Numbered from the stretch's first letter, positions 8,852-16,495 are shown. The stretch is DNA of 25,655 nucleotides from an uncultured virus (IMG/VR IMGVR_UViG_3300016659_000217) (IMGVR_UViG_3300016659_000217), one strand, 5' to 3'. Translations and numbers: made by a program. The notes: a model not told the origin generated them from the sequence alone.

Positions 8852-10312
8852 TTACTTTCCGCCTTGTGCTGTCACATACCCCAATACATCCCCAGCATAT
8901 AAAGCCTGATCTAAATTCACTTTAAATTGAGCTTTAGATGCCGTAGGAATGAGTTGCATTAAATTACTTGCTAGATCTTGTGGATCCGTCGAATCAGCCA
9001 CTAATTGTCTAATCTGATCATTGGTCAATAGCTCAATGTCATCCTGAGCATCTGTAAGTTCATCCACTTCTTGCTGTTCAGGTGACTGCTTTTGGACTGA
9101 TGCCTTAAAGCTGAATGCTTGATGAGGTAGTGCTGAAAATTGGGTACTTGGAACCACTTGCTCAACTGGCTTTAAATCACCATCTTGCAAGTTGTACTCG
9201 CGAATGAAATATGACTCTGAAAGGTTTGCACCAGCATTCTTTAAGTGCGTATCCCGCTCAGCCTGTTCTTTATTTAGTGGTTTAGATTTCTCACCCAGAA
9301 GCACCTTATGTCCAGTCCAATTATTAAGTGCGCATAGTGCATTCACAACAGCCTGTAATGTAGGTGTTACCATTCGGATATCAGATTTAAGCTTGTCATT
9401 ACGAACATTTTCATGAACCTGACCGAGTGCATAACTCCCTTTACCATCAGAGCCGCTCGTAAGTGTTTGGCCTAGAATTAACTTTTGAATCTGCTGTGCT
9501 AAAGTTTTATTGAACGTCTCAAAAGCCCCATTCGCACCACCGCTCGAGCCCTGTGCTGACAGAACCTGAACATTATCTTCTATATCAATCGATACCACAC
9601 TTTGAGCATGTGCAGTAAGCAGTGCCTGATTCATATCATCAATTTCTGAATCCTTGCACTTACCGAGTAGGATCGGAGTACCAAAACGCTCCAAGAACTT
9701 TGCCCAGAATTTAAATCCATTCTGTTTAAAGAAAAACAACCAATACAGTGTCGCCAGCAATGCTTTACCGTATGGTTGTTCATAGGTGGCTTTACGGCGT
9801 GTTAAAAAGAACTTGAATATCTGATCTACAGCTTGCTCCTGAGTAGATCCCTCCTTTCTCAAGATGAGTCGTCCATCATTTTTAGGTTCAAACCATTGCA
9901 TTGGCTTTTCACCAATCCACTGCAATCCGATGTAACCCTCTGGCTTTAACTCATATACAGCCTCTTGCACGGAATAACCAAAGAACAAAGCATTCAATGC
10001 ACCTGAAGCAATTTCAAAGTACCACTCATCAAGCTGTACCTTTAAATGCAGGGCTTCTGGAGTATCACTAGGTTCTAAGCGAAATGGCGTGCCCAAAAGT
10101 GCATCTATACGTGTTTCAACTGCTTGAGCTATCTCGTCATCATCTAGCAGCACCTTAAGCCGATGGCGCGTAATACCCGCTTTGCGGAGTACCTCATCAT
10201 TATCGGGCTGCTTGCCAAAATGAGTGAAAAATGCGGATACAGCCTCTTGAGAATATAAATTACCTTTAGACAAAGCCTTCTTTGACGCTTTGTCTTTTTT
10301 AGACCCTGCCAT
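8852..10312 (-). CDS. Portal protein, Mu gp29/DUF935 family
   Basis: PYGKALL, WAKFLERFGTP, ILGQTLTS, GSYALGQVHENVR. Confidence 0.92.
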   Translation of the reverse strand: MAGSKKDKASKKALSKGNLYSQEAVSAFFTHFGKQPDNDEVLRKAGITRHRLKVLLDDDEIAQAVETRIDALLGTPFRLEPSDTPEALHLKVQLDEWYFEIASGALNALFFGYSVQEAVYELKPEGYIGLQWIGEKPMQWFEPKNDGRLILRKEGSTQEQAVDQIFKFFLTRRKATYEQPYGKALLATLYWLFFFKQNGFKFWAKFLERFGTPILLGKCKDSEIDDMNQALLTAHAQSVVSIDIEDNVQVLSAQGSSGGANGAFETFNKTLAQQIQKLILGQTLTSGSDGKGSYALGQVHENVRNDKLKSDIRMVTPTLQAVVNALCALNNWTGHKVLLGEKSKPLNKEQAERDTHLKNAGANLSESYFIREYNLQDGDLKPVEQVVPSTQFSALPHQAFSFKASVQKQSPEQQEVDELTDAQDDIELLTNDQIRQLVADSTDPQDLASNLMQLIPTASKAQFKVNLDQALYAGDVLGYVTAQGGK

Positions 10313-10321
10313 AAATACACC

Positions 10322-12001
10322 TTAATTAAATACGCGACTACCCGCACCAGCTGGCTTTTTCCGCTTACGCTCTCTAATGTCACTAAAACAAATCATGACG
10401 CTATCAGCCCGGTTAGGTGACAAGGCACCATCAGGTTGCTTATTTACGAGGATTTTGCCAGCACCGTTTTTACTGTAGGTCGGCTGTGATAACTCACGCT
10501 TGAGTTGCTCTAGTTCGCGCTTATCCAAATCTTCAGTCGATAGTGAGATAAGTGCATCAGGATCGTATTGCATGCCTTGTAGTGCTCTGTACGTGTTCTG
10601 GAAGCGCATGCGCAAACTCCACCACATTTGAGCCTTTAGATTTGCGAAGAAATCGATATTCTTCCGAGCTTCTACCATCTCCAGCTCTGGGTTATGTACT
10701 GTACCCGAGCCCCTGAACGGATCTGCTTGAATCTCTTCAATTCCTTTTGCACTGTTCTGCTCATTAATGACTCGAGCATCACCACGAACACCAGCTCCCA
10801 AGCCATCCGCATCGTAAAAGAACAAATTCAGTTTTTGCTCTAGGCAAATATCGATCGCCTTCTGGGTTGTTCCAAAGATGTCATCGCCAATGCCTGACCA
10901 CGTATCCAAATACTGCAGAACAATGCCATGACGCGAGGCAAAGGAGTTCTTATCCTTACCCTCATCCGCCACATCAAGTGCACCATTACGCTCACCTGAT
11001 GGCTGTATATCGAGTTTTATATGCAAATCTATAGCAGCCTCAACCCATGCTGATGGAATCAACACACCTTCAACTGAAGCGGCGTAATCAATATCAACCT
11101 CTTGGGCTAAGACAATGTCGTCAAGCGTCGCAATTTGCTTTTCATACCACGGATGAATCAGCTTCCCATGTAGTGAGACGGTCCAGTTTTTATCGGGGTT
11201 GTCTCGCCACGCCATCGTAAACACGGCGTAACGTCCGCTGAATCGATCTTGGTGAAACTTATCACCAATACCGTTTGGAGTTGATCCCTTGATATGAACG
11301 TTTGTGTTCTGCGATATAGCTGCATCTACAGCTTCCTGACGCTCTACGAATGCCCATTCATCAAGAAAGTACATCGTGGTACGTCCACCACGGCCAATGT
11401 TGTCTCCAGCCTCACCCGTAACCGTTGCGCCATTATCAGGATTGATAATACGCATGTAGTTGTCGTGGACCTTTTCGACAAAACTTTTCGGCTTCATCCA
11501 ATCAGGAAGTTTTGAGAACATATCTCGGAACTTATGAAGCAGCGTTTTAGGATCGCCCTTCTTATCAACTAGATCCTCTTTGCGACTACCTACACCACCA
11601 GCGAAACCCTCGACAAATAACCATCTATGCAGGTAGAAACCCAGTACCACATAGCTCATACCTTCATCACGACTCTTCTCAATGAGGCCATGAGTTTGAG
11701 TGCTTTCACGCTCAAGTAACCAGTCGACCAATTCAACTTGACCAGGGCGAAGTACAAACGGAATATTTGCCGGTAAACCAAAAGGCATACCTCTTGGATC
11801 GTAGGTCCACACCCAATGATTAAACCAATGTGATGGATCATTCTTACACTTATATATCTCAGCCTGAATGCTGAGTTCACTTTGCTCTATTACGGCTCGG
11901 TAATAGTAACGTCTGGTCATCTCAGCTATGACTTCAGGCAAGCGTGTATTAATCGTCCACTCTTTAATGAGGGGCGCTATTTCTTCTATTGCGTAACTCA
12001 T
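10322..12001 (-). CDS. terL: Terminase large subunit
   Basis: Walker A-like EKSRDEG, Walker B YFLDE, STPNG, nuclease motifs ALDVADEG and SPNRADS. Confidence 0.93.
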   Translation of the reverse strand: MSYAIEEIAPLIKEWTINTRLPEVIAEMTRRYYYRAVIEQSELSIQAEIYKCKNDPSHWFNHWVWTYDPRGMPFGLPANIPFVLRPGQVELVDWLLERESTQTHGLIEKSRDEGMSYVVLGFYLHRWLFVEGFAGGVGSRKEDLVDKKGDPKTLLHKFRDMFSKLPDWMKPKSFVEKVHDNYMRIINPDNGATVTGEAGDNIGRGGRTTMYFLDEWAFVERQEAVDAAISQNTNVHIKGSTPNGIGDKFHQDRFSGRYAVFTMAWRDNPDKNWTVSLHGKLIHPWYEKQIATLDDIVLAQEVDIDYAASVEGVLIPSAWVEAAIDLHIKLDIQPSGERNGALDVADEGKDKNSFASRHGIVLQYLDTWSGIGDDIFGTTQKAIDICLEQKLNLFFYDADGLGAGVRGDARVINEQNSAKGIEEIQADPFRGSGTVHNPELEMVEARKNIDFFANLKAQMWWSLRMRFQNTYRALQGMQYDPDALISLSTEDLDKRELEQLKRELSQPTYSKNGAGKILVNKQPDGALSPNRADSVMICFSDIRERKRKKPAGAGSRVFN

Positions 12002-12504
12002 AATTTGCCATTAATTGCTAAACGAGATAGTTCTTGTGCTGACATCCCAGCAAGCTGCTCAGGGGTATACATAACGGAGCGCTGGCTGTGCTCTGTTTCT
12101 GTTTTAATCGCTCCTCCATCTTTGCCCGTAATTTCTAACTTACGCTCGTAGTGGCCTTTGACGATCTTCTGAATTTGATCAATCAGCTTAATCGACATCA
12201 CCACGTTGCCTTTCTTAGAAACCAAAAGGTCACTCAAGATTTGCAATTGAATAATGTCGTTTGCACCGATGATGTTGTATATCGGCTGATCAATATATTT
12301 CTTCCGTGCTTCATGGAATAAATCCACTAACTCTTGCGATAGGTCCGCACCTGCAGTCTTTGTTGGGTCGTAGCATTCAACCTGTTGCGGGGAAACATCT
12401 ATCTTGAAGTTTTCCTTGATGGCCACCACCACCTCAGTAGGTGTCATAAACTGTGCAAGTGACCGAACAATAAAGACTTTTTCTGCTTTTTTAAGCCTTG
12501 CCAT
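11998..12504 (-). CDS. terS: DUF2280 family protein, probable terminase small subunit
   Basis: KVFIVRSLA.F.TP.EV...YDPTK..G..LS; EITGKDGGAI motif; 4-nt overlap with terL. Confidence 0.85.
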   Translation of the reverse strand: MARLKKAEKVFIVRSLAQFMTPTEVVVAIKENFKIDVSPQQVECYDPTKTAGADLSQELVDLFHEARKKYIDQPIYNIIGANDIIQLQILSDLLVSKKGNVVMSIKLIDQIQKIVKGHYERKLEITGKDGGAIKTETEHSQRSVMYTPEQLAGMSAQELSRLAINGKL

Positions 12505-12515
12505 AACTCACCATC

Positions 12516-12535
12516 CATCAAGGTACATCAAGGTA
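12516..12535. repeat. Tandem direct repeat (CATCAAGGTA)x2 upstream of terS
   Basis: Two perfect 10-bp copies. Confidence 0.85.
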
Positions 12536-12556
12536 AGTGGGCAAAAAAATTTGAAA

Positions 12557-13198
12557 CTAACCTATTACACAGTTCCCACAACACGCAGACACATTAAAAT
12601 CAGATACAAACGGCGCATTCTTTGTGATTTCGACTAAGCGCTTAACACTGTCGCTTACACCCCAGCGTTTGACCACGCCATAGAATTCTTCAACGTCATG
12701 ACCAGCTAAGTAATGCTTTGGTAAGCCAGTATTGTCGCTGTACATGATTTCGTCGTCTTGATCACGTTCTACGCCAATGTGATAAAGCTCATGTTCTATC
12801 AATGCACAGAAATCATGATCTGAAGCTTGCTCACAGAATGATGCATCTATAGTGATTAGATATACAGGCACACAACCAAACCAGTCGCGCATCTGTTGTT
12901 CTTGCCGAGCTTTCTTCCATCCACCTTGGTTAAACATCACTTTTTCACATTGGCCCAATACCATGCGTTTTTTAGCCATACATGCAGATGATGCCCAAGC
13001 AAATGCTAAGAAAGTTTCATCGTCATGTAGTAGCTCAGAGAGATGGTCATGATCTGGATTGTGGAGCTGGCCACCAATGGTCAAAAAGTTTTTAATCACC
13101 CATTCTTTTAATTCCACGGCGGGCGCAAGGCGAATTGCTTCTTCTTCCTCAGCCTGATCAATGAGATCTGTCGGCGGGAATGGTCTGATTTGTTCCAT
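12557..13198 (-). CDS. Putative phage metallopeptidase
   Basis: HELYH (HExxH) and GHDVEEF; typical position upstream of terS. Confidence 0.85.
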   Translation of the reverse strand: MEQIRPFPPTDLIDQAEEEEAIRLAPAVELKEWVIKNFLTIGGQLHNPDHDHLSELLHDDETFLAFAWASSACMAKKRMVLGQCEKVMFNQGGWKKARQEQQMRDWFGCVPVYLITIDASFCEQASDHDFCALIEHELYHIGVERDQDDEIMYSDNTGLPKHYLAGHDVEEFYGVVKRWGVSDSVKRLVEITKNAPFVSDFNVSACCGNCVIG

Positions 13199-13595
13199 CT
13201 TCTAATCTCTCTAACTGCGAATTGATCCACCGAATCACACCACCCGACTCAATTGCATGTGGCTCAAAACGCTGAATCCTGTAACCCATATCTTCAGCTA
13301 GATCATATTTACTAATTGCATTCGCTATCTTTTTTCCACCACGACCAACTGACCAAGGACTACCTGCTATTTCAATAAGAAGTCTCAGCTTCACAATATA
13401 AAAATCGAATCGCCAGTTTTTAGTGGATTCAAATTGAAATTTACGCTCATAGCCAACCAGGTGTTCTTCTAATTCCTGAAATAAAGTCTCTTCAGCTTCT
13501 AAGTATGTTTCTTTTGCTTTTGGTAGCGGTTTAGAACGTGGTTTGGACTTAGGCGAACGTTTTTTAGTTTTCCAGAAATAATCGTATGCGTTCAT
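13158..13595 (-). CDS. DUF559/Vsr-like endonuclease-fold protein
   Basis: WRFDF...LLIEIAG..W...KY..A...GY...RF. Confidence 0.7.
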   Translation of the reverse strand: MNAYDYFWKTKKRSPKSKPRSKPLPKAKETYLEAEETLFQELEEHLVGYERKFQFESTKNWRFDFYIVKLRLLIEIAGSPWSVGRGGKKIANAISKYDLAEDMGYRIQRFEPHAIESGGVIRWINSQLERLEDGTNQTIPADRSH

Positions 13596-13609
13596 ATATT
13601 GCGCCCATT

Positions 13610-13632
13610 AAAAAACCACCCGAAGGTGGTTT
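13610..13632 (-). terminator. Intrinsic terminator after the two-gene moron
   Basis: AAACCACC-TTCG-GGTGGTTTTTT on the minus strand. Confidence 0.88.
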
Positions 13633-13641
13633 GTATTTTTA

Positions 13642-14502
13642 TTAGTCGGATATTCTCAACGCTGGTCTTAACACCCTAAATATTGCAATGGGTGTCATGC
13701 CAAAAGCAACACTCGGTCTACCAAATTGCTCCTTAAGCATTGTCATTGTCTGAGTCACAAGACTTTTGATCTCATTCTGATCCGTATAATATGTAAAATC
13801 ATCAAATGGTACCGCATCTAGAACACCTAATACATACCACTTTCCTGACATAAACTCTCCATGTTTAAAATTTATATCTAGTCCAGCATTAGACATTTCA
13901 TTTCGACTTAAGGTCATCCAGACTTCAGTGCATAATGGCACCCCATCTTCACGAAACTCACCCGTCTCCACGAGCAACTTACCCTCTAATGCGTAGGGAA
14001 CTTCTTGTATGAATTTCAGTGCAGGCTTAAGAGCCTCAACCATCTCCGCTTTCTTTTTTTTATGCGAATTAGTAACACCTGGCAAAGTTGCAACCATAAA
14101 ATCTGTTGCAGGTTCCATAAATTCTTTGATAACAGAAACATCAACTACGCTTAAACGCCCCTCTAGTAATACAAGACTCCCAAGTTGGTTAGCATCTAAT
14201 TCGCGGTGAATAAACCCTAGCTCATCAAGGCGATTTATCATTTCTCTAGGCATTGTATGGGTTGCATCGTATTGATGTTCAGCGCCAAGACTCGCTGAGT
14301 GATCTGTCGCTACTTTGCCATTAGCTATTGCGGGAATTCCTGCTCCTGCCTCTAGCTTGCGAATATCTGTGATATTGCTAGTATTTTTAAAAGATGCTAA
14401 AGCTCCATTCCCAGTAAGCTGAGCATAGAACGATTTAATTTTTGTGTTATCTAAATAAAAGAAATCAAAGATTGATTCGATGCTTTGTAATTCTTGCGCC
14501 AC
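13642..14502 (-). CDS. Hypothetical moron protein, DUF6414-like (~286 aa)
   Basis: DFFYLD..KI.S.YAQL N-terminus and TPIAIFR C-terminus; GTG 14502 favoured as start (alternative ATG 14538). Confidence 0.65.
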   Translation of the reverse strand: MAQELQSIESIFDFFYLDNTKIKSFYAQLTGNGALASFKNTSNITDIRKLEAGAGIPAIANGKVATDHSASLGAEHQYDATHTMPREMINRLDELGFIHRELDANQLGSLVLLEGRLSVVDVSVIKEFMEPATDFMVATLPGVTNSHKKKKAEMVEALKPALKFIQEVPYALEGKLLVETGEFREDGVPLCTEVWMTLSRNEMSNAGLDINFKHGEFMSGKWYVLGVLDAVPFDDFTYYTDQNEIKSLVTQTMTMLKEQFGRPSVAFGMTPIAIFRVLRPALRISD

Positions 14503-14662
14503 TATTGATCTGCCCTTCAGCCTTTTTTCTTGTTTCATTATACTGACTTAGGCCGTCTTGCATAGCTTTTTGAAAAGACTCTATTGCTTCACCCAACCCT
14601 TTAGCGGATTCATTTATTTTCTCTTGTTGTTTCTTATTGCCACACCCAAATGAGAAATTCAT
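14465..14662 (-). CDS. Small helical protein (65 aa), first gene of the two-gene moron
   Basis: Strong RBS AAGGAGGAG; follows a near-consensus promoter; overlaps the next gene. Confidence 0.7.
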   Translation of the reverse strand: MNFSFGCGNKKQQEKINESAKGLGEAIESFQKAMQDGLSQYNETRKKAEGQINSGARITKHRINL

Positions 14663-14715
14663 AAAGGAAACTCCTCCTTAGACAAAAACACCCTAACTAT
14701 CATATGACACTAGGG

Positions 14716-14755
14716 TTATCCACAACTATATTCACTATTGACATTTCTGTCAATA
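14716..14755 (-). promoter_or_regulatory. Sigma70 promoter of the moron, with operator-like palindrome and DnaA box
   Basis: TTGACA (14748-14753)-N17-TATAGT (14725-14730); TATTGACA-N4-TGTCAATA (14736-14755); TTATCCACA (14716-14724). Confidence 0.8.
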
Positions 14756-14821
14756 ATTAGGATTAAATTATTGTCAAGCCCTACAGCTATTTCTATGCGT
14801 TAAATACTGTCGCACTGAACA

Positions 14822-14995
14822 TTAAACGTACAAAACCATACGCAAATTCTTAACCCGCTCTTTCAGCTTAATCATGATGCCATCAATCGATAGCATCTCT
14901 TCCCGAGTCAAACCAAAACGACTCAGATTCTGATATTTAGACAGCTCAGCACTACAAAATTCTAAGTCTTTTTTCGCTTGTACTTTATCTGTCAT
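14822..14995 (-). CDS. Small hypothetical protein (57 aa; MTDKVQAKKDLEFCSAELSKYQNLSRFGLTREEMLSIDGIMIKLKERVKNLRMVLYV)
   Basis: Translated by hand (below the ORF-track cut-off); GGAAGG upstream; amphipathic helical pattern. Confidence 0.65.
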   Translation of the reverse strand: MTDKVQAKKDLEFCSAELSKYQNLSRFGLTREEMLSIDGIMIKLKERVKNLRMVLYV

Positions 14996-15039
14996 GGTTC
15001 CAACCTTCCGGAATTTCCGGATAGTTCAAATAAGAAAAG

Positions 15040-15076
15040 AAAAACCCCACCAATAATGAATATTGAGCGGGGTTTT
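15040..15076 (-). terminator. Terminator-like hairpin
   Basis: AAAACCCC...GGGGTTTT inverted repeat with T-tract. Confidence 0.6.
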
Positions 15077-15122
15077 ATGTGCCGTAATCCGTTGGGCAAA
15101 AAGGAAATGTAAATTACTCAAT

Positions 15123-15158
15123 AAAAAACCCGCTTACCTCTCCCAAAGTAAGCGGGTT
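15123..15158 (-). terminator. Intrinsic terminator
   Basis: AACCCGCTTAC/GTAAGCGGGTT 11-bp stem with T-tract on the minus strand. Confidence 0.8.
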
Positions 15159-15260
15159 AAATTTGCGCTTTATTACTAATTCTTTAATTCATCTTTATTT
15201 TTCACAGAATATAATCCCATTGTTTCACTATGATGAATAAATCACTCAATTTCTTAAATA

Positions 15261-15374
15261 TCACTTAACTTCTTTCAAGCAATCACGACACACCTTGATC
15301 TCATCACCATCAATCGTGTGATCTATCTCAATTGCACCATGAAGGCCAAATAAACACATTAACAATCGGAGCAT
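15261..15374 (-). CDS. Tiny Zn-binding-like protein (37 aa; MLRLLMCLFGLHGAIEIDHTIDGDEIKVCRDCLKEVK), DUF1660-like
   Basis: Translated by hand; GGAG RBS; C-x4-H...C-x2-C. Confidence 0.65.
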   Translation of the reverse strand: MLRLLMCLFGLHGAIEIDHTIDGDEIKVCRDCLKEVK

Positions 15375-15389
15375 TACTTTTCTCCATGC

Positions 15390-15428
15390 AAAAAAAAGCC
15401 CACCTCAGCAGTAGATTGATGTGGGCTT
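15390..15428 (-). terminator. Intrinsic terminator
   Basis: AAGCCCAC...GTGGGCTT stem with T8 tract on the minus strand. Confidence 0.7.
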
Positions 15429-15561
15429 AAACTAAGGACCTTGGAAGGTCATTCAGAAACTACAGCTGTTTCTAGCAGCAATCATGCATACTTATTCGTG
15501 AATTTTTTGTGAAAAATGAATTAAGAATAAATCAATATTTTATGAATTAACTTTAATTGAA

Positions 15562-15662
15562 ATCTGGGTGGCGGCATTCAATACAAACCACTAGGAATAA
15601 AGAAACCGCCATACAAGCCCCGATATTGCTTACACAAAAAACATTTCTCGGAGCATTAAAAA
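15562..15662 (-). ncRNA. Structured two-hairpin RNA element, copy A
   Basis: Homologous to 16295-16397, with compensatory changes in stem 1. Confidence 0.6.
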
Positions 15663-15685
15663 TGCTCACATTTCTGTGAGCATTT
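15658..15685 (-). terminator. Intrinsic terminator immediately upstream of element A
   Basis: AAATGCTCACA-GAAA-TGTGAGCATTTTT on the minus strand. Confidence 0.8.
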
Positions 15686-15882
15686 GTTGTAATTCTCGTC
15701 TTTCCGAGTGTCAATCGATTTACCTAGTTAGATGATCTATAACAACATCTAACCTAATGAAAAAATTACTCGATATTTGCTATTCAATCAATCATTTTAT
15801 TTCGTATATTTTTGATAAATATCACGTTTAATTCACAAAGGATATGATGTTTGATTGAATTATTTGCGTTTACCTAAGACAT

Positions 15883-15917
15883 AAAAAAAGCCCACATTAT
15901 GAGGGTTAATATGGGCT
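15883..15917 (-). terminator. Intrinsic terminator
   Basis: AGCCCAT...GTGGGCTTTTTTT on the minus strand. Confidence 0.65.
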
Positions 15918-16252
15918 CCCTTATCATTTGCGCTGATTTGGGTAAATGTGTCGCTATATAACAACGGAAAAAGAATAAATTGATTTAATAAAAATGCTAA
16001 TTTATTTTCATTATATGTATTTAAAATACATTTAAAAAAGTTATAACGATAGGAAAGCCCTCTCCGCGGGGCCAAACGCTACTCACAATCACATCAACCT
16101 TACATGCACGGTCAACTTCACTTGCTTTCATTCTCATTAAGGTCGGGTTGCCAAGCCCTAGCTGGAATTGCCTAAAATAACTAGGCGTTTACTCAAGGCA
16201 TGTTCTGTAAGCCGGCACACTCACAGGATATGATTGCCATATTTCAGGCAAC

Positions 16253-16280
16253 AAAAAAGCCCGATTATTTGACAGGGCTT
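16253..16280 (-). terminator. Intrinsic terminator
   Basis: AAGCCC...GGGCTTTTTT on the minus strand. Confidence 0.7.
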
Positions 16281-16294
16281 CGATGTATGTAAAT

Positions 16295-16397
16295 ATCTGG
16301 GTGGCGGCATTAAAATTTAAACCACTACGATTAAAGTTAAGCCGCCATTGGGTGCCTTGATATTGCTTTCACGGAACATTTCTCAAGGCATTAAAAA
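16295..16397 (-). ncRNA. Structured two-hairpin RNA element, copy B
   Basis: Stems TGCCTTGA/TCAAGGCA and TGGCGGC/GCCGCCA; homologous to 15562-15662. Confidence 0.6.
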
Positions 16398-16422
16398 AAG
16401 CCCATCTATTGATGAGCTTTTT
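16393..16422 (-). terminator. tR'-like terminator just downstream of the late promoter
   Basis: AAAAAGCTCATC-AATA-GATGGGCTTTTTTT on the minus strand. Confidence 0.85.
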
Positions 16423-16440
16423 ACGGTAATCAAGTGAATT

Positions 16441-16495
16441 ACTATAACTTCGTCCACTATAACAGAAATATGCCATACCCTGTCTGGACAGTCAA
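16441..16495 (-). promoter_or_regulatory. pR'-like late promoter with putative Q-binding element and -10-like pause elements
   Basis: TTGACT (16490-16495)-N17-CATATT (16467-16472); TGTC-CA-GACA palindrome abutting the -35; GTTATAGT at 16456-16463 and 16441-16448. Confidence 0.75.

Noticed and set aside
8852..10312. Transposable Mu-like phage interpretation
   Set aside because: No DDE transposase or MuB; a tyrosine integrase and O-type replicon are present
15860..16075. 71-aa minus-strand ORF
   Set aside because: TTG start without RBS, low-complexity AT-rich composition, and it runs through a terminator
15000..16440. CRISPR array or tRNA genes in the non-coding leader
   Set aside because: Only two copies of the long repeat, no regular spacers, and no cloverleaf or T-loop found
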